A program made the position numbers and the translations under genes. A stretch of DNA of 64,000 nucleotides. It comes from Acidobacteriota bacterium (lineage in GTDB: Bacteria > Acidobacteriota > UBA890 > WLXD01). The DNA lies in the NCBI GenBank assembly GCA_965205505.1, contig CBDBHB010000009.1:2272001-2336000 (forward strand), given 5' to 3'. The first letter of the stretch is position 1. Each line of letters opens with the position of its first letter. Shown piece after piece: positions 48,669 through 57,659 of this stretch. Under the pieces are notes generated by a model, which was not told the origin of the DNA, ran no database searches, and saw only the letters and a program-made list of their open reading frames with translations.

Positions 48669-51339
48669 CAGGAGCCGTCCGTCGGCACTAGCCGGTTCAA
48701 TTCCTCGAACCAGTTGAGGATGACCGTGAACTCGGTCGTCGAGCGATCCGAGACCACGAGGAACCGCTCTCCGTCTGGCGAGACGTCATAGTAGGTTCCA
48801 CCGAGTCCACCGCCTTGGGCGAAAGGCATCTCGAACAGTTCCTGCGGCACCGAAACGTCGAGTTCCGGCTCGGTCGTGACCTTGACCGAGAGCAGCCGAT
48901 CTCCCTGGTGATAGAAAAGCTCGCGGCCGTCACGGGACCACTGCGGCTCCTCGCCGCCTTCGAGGGAGACCCCACGAACCTCCCCTTCCGGGTAGGTTCG
49001 GACGAACACGTCCAACCGGCCGGACTCATCCGTGACGTAGGCCAACAGGAGACCATCCGGAGACAGGGCTGGCGCGCCCTCGTTGGCCTCCGTAGTCAAG
49101 ACCGGGACGGGCTCCTCGCCTCTAGGAAGGATCCAAATGTCCGTACCCGTTTCGGGATGGTTCTCGAAGTAGGGGAGGAGCCGCCCGTCCGCTGACCACG
49201 ATGCAGGGAACTGGTTGAAATCGCGGATCAATAGAGGGCGGGGCTCGCCGCGCTCGGCGACGTCGATCTCGTACAGATCCCAGCTGTCACCGATGTTGGA
49301 CGAGAAGGTGACATGCCTCCCGTCGGGGTTCCAGGCCGGATCGGACGCTTGAAGCGCTGTCGAACGCGTCAGCGGGTCCACCGCGCCGCGCTCGATGTCG
49401 AGTGTCCAGAGATTGCCTTTTTCATCATGGAATACGACCGTCTCTCCATTGGGCGAGAGGCGGACGCCGGCGAACATTCGCTGGTCCCGCCGGATGGGTG
49501 TGGTGAGGCCTTCCCATCGACCCACATCAACGTCGCCTCGCCGATCTCGTCGGATGCATAAACGGCCGTTCCAGTCTGCGAGATCGCAATGTGGGGACGG
49601 GCCGAATCCGTGGACAGGTAGCGGACGTCGTCGAGCACCGGCACCGCCGATCCGCTCGCGGCGAGCTCTTGCAGATCGAAGGGCGCGGCGAGAAACGCTC
49701 CAGAGCCCAATTCGTCGACGTAAACAATGTGACCAGAGTAAAGATACATATCACCGCCAGGGAACCCGGCGCGGGCTGCGTGCCACTCTCGGGTCTCGGG
49801 GTCGAGAACCCGCGACAGTCCGATCCAGACCGTGAACAAGACGTGACGTCCGCCGGGTAGATGCTGGGACCAGACGTGCGCGTAGCCGTTCTCGCCATAG
49901 TCCGGTTGCGTGAGCTGCTCGGGTGTACCTCCGTCGGCGGGTACGCGAAAAAGCCCCGAGCCTATGGTGGGCGTGAAGACAATGTTGTGGTCGAGCCCCC
50001 AGCTTGCGCTGAAGGGGGAGGCCCGGGTGATCGTGAGCGGTGAGCCCCCTGAGATTGAGACCTTCCTGAGCTGGCCGGCCGCGACGAATCCCACCCACTG
50101 GCCGTTGGGCGAGAAGAAGGGCGCATCGGCGTGCAGCGAGTCGGGGATCTTCCGCGCATCGAAGCTGTCGAAAGGTCGCAAGAACAGATGGACGCCGGTG
50201 CTGTCGCGGGCGGCGTAGGCGAGGAGAGTGCCGTCGGGCGAGATAGCAAGCGGAGCCGACATGTTCCTTGGCTGGCGCTGTCCCTCAGGGAGAGGGAGGG
50301 TCAGGCGGGTGACGACCGTCGCCTGGTTCGGACCAGTACCTACCAAATTCCAGGTCACGACCACCGCTGTCGCGGTCAAGAGGAGCATTGCTGCTATTGC
50401 CGGAACAGGCCGCTGCCAGATGCGCAGCGGCAACGGGTTGGCGACAACGGCGTCCTGCGCGGTGGTTGCCGCACCCGACTCCACTTCAGGGGCCAGCGCC
50501 CTCAGGTCCACCACGAGATCGCCGGCACCCTGGTAGCGACCGTCGGGCTCCTTCGCCACGTTCTTTCGGACGATGCGTTGCAGCTCGTCCGGCAGCGACG
50601 GGTCGAACTCTTGAATTGGCGGCGGCTCATCGTGTTGGATGTGTGCCAGCGTCTCGGCGATGCTGCGCCCGGCAAATGCCCTCCGACCGCTCGCCATCTC
50701 GTACAGCACGCAACCGAAGGCGAACAGATCCACCCGCTGATCGACCTCTCCGCCCTCAACCTGCTCCGGTGCCATGTAGCCGGCGGTCCCCATCACCTGA
50801 CCGGCCACCGTGCCCATCATCGTGGGTGACTGCGTTGCACCGCCCGGTGAGCCTGCCCCCGCCACCTCGGTGAGCTTCGCCAGCCCGAAGTCCAGTACCT
50901 TGGCGTGCCCCTCCTTGGTGACGAAGATGTTCTCCGGCTTCAAATCCCGGTGGATGATCCCGGCGGCGTGTGCGGCAGCCAGCGCCTCGGCGATCTCGGT
51001 GGCCAACCCGAGCGCCTTCTTGAGCGGCAGCGCACCCTTGCCCAGCGGCTCCCGAAGCGTGTCTCCCTCCAGGTACTCCTGCACCATGAAGTGGGTGTCG
51101 TCTTCAACACCCACATCGAAGACGGCTGCGATGTGCGGGTGGTTCAGGGCGGCGGCAGCGCGGGCCTCCCGCTCGAAGCGGGCGAGGCGCTCGGGATCAG
51201 AGGCAAACTCGGCGGGCAGCACCTTGATGGCCACCTTGCGGCCCAGGCGTGTGTCCTCGGCGAGGTACACCTCTCCCATGCCGCCAGCGCCGAGCTGCTC
51301 GGTGATCTCGTAGGGGCCTAGTTTGGTGCCGGGTTCCAT
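48668..51339 (-). pseudogene. Hanks-type Ser/Thr kinase with TM and PD40/TolB-like beta-propeller, frameshifted near 49520
   Basis: GAGGMGEVY, VAIK, HRDLKPEN, DFGLAK, GTAGYMAPE; SPDG/WS.DG repeats; C-terminal [13 protein letters not shown] in the second frame. Confidence 0.9.
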
Positions 51340-51556
51340 GGCGCTACCAGACAGGGTGGGTGAGCGCATGAAGCCTATCGCTGGGGCAGGCGAGATCCAA
51401 CGGTCGGGCCGGGATAGCGAGTGTGAGCCACCTCACAGTCGAGGGCATGACTAACCGAACCCTGGTGTTCCGCAGGTCGTCTATGTTTCTAGCAGCATGG
51501 CAGCGACTGCCAGTGCCCGGCCTCTTTTCCTCCCGATTCCCTGTGAGTGGATCGGA

Positions 51557-52206
51557 ATGCTCTCGAAAGCGGCCGTGAAACTGATCGTGCTGCACATTGG
51601 CTTTGTTGGTTCCGCTGCTGGCGTTCTGAGGCTACCCGCAACGGAGAGCCCTGCTCCATGGCCAGTGCGCCTCGTGATTTCTGATCGTTTCGGCCTTCCG
51701 GGGAGCTTCTTGGCCACGATCAGAGGGGATGTTCAGTCGATCCTTCGTGCTGTCGACATTGAGGTAACTTGGTCTTCCGGCGAGCCGGCGGACGAGAACA
51801 ACAGAAGTCGTGATCAGCGAGTATCGGGATCGTTCCTCGTGGTGCTCGCGGGGAAATCCCCTTCCGACTGGGGGTGACGGATGAGGCGATGGGCGCTGTG
51901 GCGTCGGCGGTACATCCACTCCCGTACGTCATCGTGTTCCCGGAGAGAGTGCTCCAAGTAATGGAGCCGCATCGGCAGGCAGACAGGCCGCCCAAGTACA
52001 ACCGGACGATGGCCCGTGCCTTTGCCAAGGTCGTGGTTCACGAGCTCGTCCACGCGATAGCACCCGAGCACTCGCACTCCGTGCGCGGTCTGATGCGCAG
52101 CACGCTGGACCGAGCTTTCCTATTGGATCCGGAGCTGCAAATCGATGCTGGATGTCGGGCTGCGATTGTTGGGGCGCTGCAGGCACTCGCAGACCCGGTA
52201 CCGTAA
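51557..52206 (+). pseudogene. Exported HExxH protein, homolog of 22149-22907, frameshifted in a G-run near 51872
   Basis: SDWG/VTDEAMG junction; VVVHELVHAIAPEHSHSVRGLMR. Confidence 0.7.
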
Positions 52207-52294
52207 GCACCAGGGATTGACCTGCCCGCCAATAATCGGGCCAGTTTGAGAGTTAGGAATTGAGGCTCTCAGGAAGGCTCGGGAAGGGGGAGAA

Positions 52295-52573
52295 ATGGCC
52301 CGGAAGCGATACACGGTAGAGCAGATCATCGCCAAGCTCAGGGAGGCAGAGATCGAGCTGGCGCAAGGAGCCAAGACGCCACAGGCGTGCCGGAAGCTGG
52401 GCATCAGCGAGAACACGTACTACCGGTGGCGTAAGGAGTACGGCGGGCTGAGGGTGGATCAGGCACGGCGACTCAAGGAGCTGGAGCGCGAGAACGGGCG
52501 GCTCAAGAAGCTGCTGGCGGAGACGATGCTCGACAACGCCATCCTCAAAGAGGTGTCGTCGGGAAACTTCTGA
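52295..52573 (+). CDS. IS3 transposase OrfA (HTH)
   Basis: RYTVEQIIAKLREAE, CRKLGISENTYYRWRKEYGG, LKELERENGRLKKLLAE. Confidence 0.95.
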   Translation: MARKRYTVEQIIAKLREAEIELAQGAKTPQACRKLGISENTYYRWRKEYGGLRVDQARRLKELERENGRLKKLLAETMLDNAILKEVSSGNF

Positions 52574-52595
52574 GCCCGGCGCGCCGGAGCCGGGC
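52561..52595 (+). promoter_or_regulatory. Programmed -1 ribosomal frameshift signal
   Basis: G GGA AAC heptamer at 52561-52567, 6-nt spacer, then GCCCGGC/GCCGGGC stem; orfB is in the -1 frame. Confidence 0.8.
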
Positions 52596-52596
52596 A

Positions 52597-53454
52597 GTGC
52601 GACACGCACAGCAGTCGCAGGGGGTGTCGGAGAGGCGAGCCTGCCGAGTGCTGGGCCAGGTGCGCTCGACGCAGCAATATCGGCCCAAGGCGCCTGGAGA
52701 CGAAACACCGCTGGTGAAGCGAATGACCGAACTGGCGACGCAGTACGGACGCTACGGGTACCGTCGGATCACGGCTCTGATGGAACGCGAAGGGTGGCGA
52801 GTAAACCACAAGAGGATCGAACGGTTATGGCGTCGTGAAGGACTGAAGGTACCGAAAAAGCAGCCCAAGCGCGGACGCTTGTGGCTCAACGATGGATCGT
52901 GCGTGCGGCTGAGGCCGGAAAGGAAAGATCACGTGTGGGCCTATGACTTCGTGCACGAACGAACTCACGACGGGCGAGCGGTTCGTCTGCTGACGATCGT
53001 GGATGAGTACACCAGGGAGTGCTTGGCCATCGATGTGGCGCGCAGGCTCAACTCCGAGAACGTGTTGGATCGACTCGCTGAGCTGTTCGTGAACCGTGGT
53101 GTTTCCGACCACATCCGCTCCGACAACGGACCGGAGTTCACTTCTCGGGTAGTGCGTGGCTGGCTCGAGCGGGTCGGTGTGAAGACGTTGTTCATCGAGC
53201 CCGGCTCGCCGTGGGAAAACGGCTATGTGGAGAGCTTCAACGGCAAGCTACGCGACGAGCTGCTGAACGGGGAGATCTTCTACACGCTCAAGGAGGCGCA
53301 GAGCTTGGTGCAAGCCTGGCGCCGCAAATACAACCAGGTGCGGCCACACAGCTCGTTGGGCTATCGGCCGCCTGCACCGAAAGCGACGTTGTTAAAGCCG
53401 GCTACGCTCCGCTCCGCCGGCTGCAACAACCTCTTGCCAGCACCGATTCTATGA
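52597..53454 (+). CDS. IS3 transposase OrfB (DDE integrase core)
   Basis: RYGYRRI, VNHKRIERLWR, WAYDF, DEYTRECL, RSDNGPEF, PGSPWENGYVESFNGKLRDE, YN..RPHSSLGY. Confidence 0.95.
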   Translation: MRHAQQSQGVSERRACRVLGQVRSTQQYRPKAPGDETPLVKRMTELATQYGRYGYRRITALMEREGWRVNHKRIERLWRREGLKVPKKQPKRGRLWLNDGSCVRLRPERKDHVWAYDFVHERTHDGRAVRLLTIVDEYTRECLAIDVARRLNSENVLDRLAELFVNRGVSDHIRSDNGPEFTSRVVRGWLERVGVKTLFIEPGSPWENGYVESFNGKLRDELLNGEIFYTLKEAQSLVQAWRRKYNQVRPHSSLGYRPPAPKATLLKPATLRSAGCNNLLPAPIL

Positions 53455-53498
53455 GTTACGAAGTGGCCTCAACACTTGGGGCAGGTCACAGTTATCCT

Positions 53499-53597
53499 GC
53501 CAGCGCCGAGCTGCTCGGTGATTTCGTAGGGGCCTAGTTTGGTGCCGGGTTCCATGGCGCTACCAGAGCAGTGTGGGTGAGCGCCTGAAGCCTATCG
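53499..53597 (-). repeat. Copy C of Ser/Thr kinase promoter/5'-end unit
   Basis: Near-identical to 51283-51381; ATG 53555 gives MEPGTKLGPYEITEQLGAG, then truncates about 10 bp from the IS3 end. Confidence 0.9.
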
Positions 53598-53885
53598 CCG
53601 GAGCGTGCGAGGGTCCACGGAAAAGAGCCGGGAGGCCATCTGCGCGCCTAGCCAGATGAACCAGATTAACACCTGCGCCCTAGCTACGGCGCGTGAATCC
53701 CGACGAAAATGGGCGGACGTCCGGGATGAGAGTTGCGATCTTTTCGTCGATCTCTCGATCCTTGTGGCCGTGGCCCTTCCGGGCATCGATCTAGTCCTTC
53801 CCGTGCTTCTCGAGCGTGCCCAGGTGCGCCGCGGGCCCGCCCCGTGGTATCAAAGCTCGCCTGGACAAGAACAACGTCGCGGGGG

Positions 53886-55384
53886 GTGACCGAGTTGGCG
53901 AAGCCGGAGAAAGTGCAGCTGTGGACACTAGAAGAAGCAGCCACGTTCCTAAACGTGTCCAAGGAGACGGTGCGCTTACGCGCCCTCGATAAGACAATCC
54001 CGTCGTGTAGGATCGGGCGGCTGGTGAGATTCGATCCTGATCTGCTGAGGGGGTGGGTACGTGACCAAAGCAGCGTTCAATCCGGTACCACCGCCAGCCA
54101 ACCGGAAGGGGATGAGCGCCGGGCTCCAGGAGCTGATTCTGCAGGTGAAACGATGATTCTCATCGAGAAAGGGCTTACCGGCTACCTGCTCAAGCGCGGT
54201 GATACCGGCCGGTGGTACTTGAAATACCAACCACCGACGCGCAAGGGCTGGGTGTGGCGATCAACTAAAGAGCGCTCCCCGGCCAGCTCGGCTAGTCGCG
54301 CGCGAGATCCTGCGGCGAGCATCGGCGTCTCCGACAGGCTCTCCCACCTGCATCACGATGCGCGAACTGCGTGACGGGTATCTCGACAATATAGCGCTGC
54401 GTCGCCGGCCCGGAACCGTCGAGCTCTATCGGATCTACCTCGATACCCACATCGTGCCGTTCTTCCACCCCAGCACCTACGCCGACACGATCACGCCCCC
54501 GCAGATCGACGAGTACCTCGACCATCGCCTGAGCCAGGGCGTGATGGCGACAACGGTCAACAAGGAGTTGAGCTGCGTCCGACGCCTGTTCGCCTATGCC
54601 CGCAAGTTCCATGGTCTGCGAACCAACCCGGCCCGGATCGTGGAATCGCTCGACAGCGACTCGATACCCCGAAAGCGGGCTTTGACCCCCGCAGAGGTGT
54701 TCAAGCTATACGCGCACGCGGGTCCACATCTGAGGCCCTGGATCGTCACGGACTACTTGCTTGGCGCGCGTCCTGCTGAGTGCAGCCACTTGCGCCGTGC
54801 GGATCTTGACTTCGGTCGTCGAACGGTGCGACTGATCGGCGATCCTCAGACCGGACACAACCCCAAGACGGCGCGGTTCGGAACGCAGCCTCCCCATGGT
54901 GCCAGTGCTGGCAGACTACCTACGCGCGCTCCCAGCACGCGTAGACACTCCCTACATCTTCACTGGTATGGACGGCGGACCTCGGCGAAGTGTCCGCACA
55001 GCATTCGCCAACACTGTCGAGCGTGCGGCGCTGAATCCGGCACGCGATCCCGGCGAGGACGAGGCAGGATTCCGGGCTCGATACCTACGGGACCGGGTAA
55101 CGCCCCATACGTTGCGGCATTCGTGGGCGACCACGCTGGCCGAGCACGGAGTCGACCGGCACGACCTCAAGAGGTGGGGTGGCTGGACGCAAGACACAAC
55201 TGTGAGTCGCTACGTCGACGAGGCTCGAGCAACGAAGCGGCAGGTCAAGCTGGTGCGGATCGACGAGATTCGATTCTTCGAGCCGACACCTGAGGCCGTG
55301 GACGTCGCGGGTCGCGATGATGGCTTGGTGCGGATCTTGGTGCGACTCGGTCAAACTGGCGCCAGGGCGGTTTCTGGCGCGTGA
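53886..55384 (+). pseudogene. Tyrosine integrase with in-frame N-terminal excisionase-like HTH; two +1 frameshifts (near 54278 and 54877)
   Basis: HTH_17-like LWTLEEAATFLNVSKETVR...IPSCRIGRLVRFD; arm-like GRWYLKY...WRSTK; core-binding TVNKELSCVRRLF; catalytic R (GARPAE), K (PKT), HTLRH, GGW, RY. Confidence 0.85.
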
Positions 55385-55407
55385 CGTAAGTACCGATGAA
55401 CATTGAG

Positions 55408-55491
55408 TGCCCAAGAGAGGACTTGAACCTCCACGGGGTTGCCCCCACTAGGTCCTGAACCTAGCGCGTCTGCCAATTCCGCCACTTGGGC
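55408..55491 (-). tRNA. tRNA-Leu (anticodon CAG)
   Basis: GCCCAAG/CTTGGGC acceptor stem, TGGCGGAATTGGCAGACGCG D-arm, CTAGG-TTCAGGA-CCTAG anticodon arm, long variable arm, GGAGG-TTCAAGT-CCTCT T-arm, discriminator A; CCA not encoded. Confidence 0.97.
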
Positions 55492-55502
55492 ATGGACGGG
55501 CG

Positions 55503-55511
55503 AGTATAACA
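55503..55511 (-). promoter_or_regulatory. Extended -10 promoter element for the tRNA
   Basis: TGtTATACT on the minus strand, 11 bp upstream of the mature tRNA 5' end. Confidence 0.55.
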
Positions 55512-55546
55512 AGGGTTTCGCCACGGCATTCTGGAGCCGTGGTAGC

Positions 55547-57382
55547 TCAACGCATCAGCGGTAGGTCGGGCTCCAGAGATGGCCTGACCAGCACCCCGAG
55601 GTTGCGTATGTCGCCACTTCCTGCGGTGTCGAATATGGGCAGGGTGCCCTGCTCCGACCAGATGCTGAACCGATATAGCCAGCTCGGTCCCTCGATGTGG
55701 CGTTGCTGTTCGTCGACCTCGAGGGTGAGCTCGATCGCGCCGCGCGGCTCGATGAGGCGCTCCACCACCTGGCTGCCGAAGCGCACTATGACTCGGTTGG
55801 CCCGCGTGCGATTGCGGATACTGAGCGTGATGCGCTCGGCGGGTGCCGCGGTACGTAGGACGACCTCGGCATCTCGCCCTCCCTTGACCCAAAACCCACC
55901 CACCTCCGGCTCGGACAGGTAGGTGTTGTCGTCGAGGAAGTAGACATGGAATCTGGCTGGCCTGGTGAGGGTTTGCCGGCGCGCCCGCGGGTTGGTGTTG
56001 AACGGGAGATTGTGGAGAATGGTCAGCTCGACCGGGAACAAGGTGTAGGGCAAATGGGTGGTGTGCGCAGCCGGTCGGAGCGAGGCGGTTACCGGGCTGA
56101 GCACGATCTGCGCCAGGCACATGCCCCATACAACCCAGGAGGCAGCCGAGGCTGCAAGGCGCGTACCGGTGGGCAGGATGAAGAAGAGCACCGGATATAC
56201 GTTGGCGAAGTAGCGGCTGCCGACCGTGCCGCCACCTCCGATCCAGTTGCCGCGCACGTACAGCACGATTGCCAGAATCTCCAGAAGCCAGAACACCGCC
56301 AGCAGGCCGCGCGGGCTCATTAGGCGCCATCGGCTGCGTACCAGGAACAGACCCAGCGCCAAGACTGCCGGAAACATGTAGAGCACCATGCCGCCGTTAC
56401 GCCCGATCCACACGTAGACGAGGTCGCGTGCCCAGGTGTCGAATGGCGGCAGCGCGGCGGCGAAGTCGGAGAGATTGGTGGTTATGTCGATGCCGATCGA
56501 AGCGAAAGTCTGGTCGGGGCTAAAGAGCGGATACGACGTGTTGACGTTGAATTGCCGACGGTCGCCGCCCTGGTAGTTGGGGCTGCCGATCCAGGCCCAG
56601 GTGACCGCGAACATCGCCAGGATAACGCCGGCGCAGACGGTGCCGCACGCGATGGAGCGCCCCCATCTTCGTCGCCACAGGTTCCACAGCAGTAGCGGAG
56701 CGATGAGCAGGATATTCGGCGGCTTGGAGAAGATTGCCAGACCGTAGACCAGCGCTGCCGCGTAGTCGGTCCAGGCTCCCTCGAGAAGCGAGCTCCATCT
56801 GCCGCCCCGCGACGCATTGGGGGTCTCCTTGTATAGCCACAGGAAGGTGGCCAGGAACATCAAGGTGCAGTTGAACCACTCCGGGGTCATCCAGAAGAAG
56901 TACAGCGTGACCACCGACCCGAGCACGTAGGTGACGGTGAAGAGGCTGGCTACCGCCGACGCCGACCCACGCCGCGCATAGGTGTACCCGGCCGCGAGCA
57001 TGGTGGCGAGCAACAGCGCGTGCAGAATGAAGAACCCGTTGTCGCCGAAGAGTCGGACAAAGGGTGCCGCCACCAGCGGGTAGATCCACGCCTTCGAGTA
57101 GTAGAGGTGGCCGTTGGCAGGATTGCGGACCAGGAAGATGCCAGAGGGCCCGCCACTGTAGCCGGCCGCGTACACACGCTCCAGGTCCTTGCTTTCGTAC
57201 CGGATGTCGCCGTCGAACGCGAAGCTATAGGCCATCGAGTGGTAGACGGCCTCGTCGCTCCAAAAAATGCCCGTGTGGGTGCCGTTGGTCTTGCTTTCGG
57301 CGACGCGCAGCGTGGCTGCGTAACCGAGGGCGGCCAGCGAGATCAGCACCAGCATCAGCACGGGCAGACGGCGTCCGAGCAT
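55547..57382 (-). CDS. Polytopic membrane protein, GT-C (PMT/ArnT-like glycosyltransferase) type
   Basis: TM1 followed by WSDEA.Y, multiple TMs, TPEWFN, SKPPN, GGGTVGSRYF, then a soluble C-terminal domain. Confidence 0.65.
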   Translation of the reverse strand: MLGRRLPVLMLVLISLAALGYAATLRVAESKTNGTHTGIFWSDEAVYHSMAYSFAFDGDIRYESKDLERVYAAGYSGGPSGIFLVRNPANGHLYYSKAWIYPLVAAPFVRLFGDNGFFILHALLLATMLAAGYTYARRGSASAVASLFTVTYVLGSVVTLYFFWMTPEWFNCTLMFLATFLWLYKETPNASRGGRWSSLLEGAWTDYAAALVYGLAIFSKPPNILLIAPLLLWNLWRRRWGRSIACGTVCAGVILAMFAVTWAWIGSPNYQGGDRRQFNVNTSYPLFSPDQTFASIGIDITTNLSDFAAALPPFDTWARDLVYVWIGRNGGMVLYMFPAVLALGLFLVRSRWRLMSPRGLLAVFWLLEILAIVLYVRGNWIGGGGTVGSRYFANVYPVLFFILPTGTRLAASAASWVVWGMCLAQIVLSPVTASLRPAAHTTHLPYTLFPVELTILHNLPFNTNPRARRQTLTRPARFHVYFLDDNTYLSEPEVGGFWVKGGRDAEVVLRTAAPAERITLSIRNRTRANRVIVRFGSQVVERLIEPRGAIELTLEVDEQQRHIEGPSWLYRFSIWSEQGTLPIFDTAGSGDIRNLGVLVRPSLEPDLPLMR

Positions 57383-57659
57383 GCGCGAGAGGGTACACCA
57401 GCATACGTGGGCGCGTCGGAGTGGCAGATGCTATGATTTTGCAGTGGCCGTACGCTGACCGGCACACTAGGTCGCCGCCACGCAACGGGCCTACCGCTCT
57501 GCTCACCCACCCCGATCTCGGGGCGCTGGCGGTTCCGCGGCCCCGCGGCGCGACCACTCAATGCGCAGCATCGTAAAGGCGCAGGATCGCTACAGACATT
57601 TGCACCTGAGGACACGATGAGACTGCGCGCCCGGAGCAACTGTCAGCATAGAGTTGTAG

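Larger units (their letters stand above)
52218..53488 (+). mobile_element. IS3 family insertion sequence (1271 bp)
   Basis: Ends TGACCTGCCC / GGGCAGGTCA (TG...CA); orfA and orfB with a -1 slippery site; no matching target duplication. Confidence 0.95.
36201..55491. mobile_element. ~19.3 kb tRNA-Leu(CAG)-targeted integrative genomic island
   Basis: Intact tRNA at one end, displaced tRNA 3' fragment at the other, tyrosine integrase beside the tRNA, accessory cargo, IS3 and gene remnants inside. Confidence 0.85.

Noticed and set aside
47087-53597. Kinase-head repeats as a diversity-generating retroelement TR/VR pair or CRISPR-like array
   Set aside because: No reverse transcriptase or cas gene in the window; differences are not adenine-specific; spacing is kilobases and irregular
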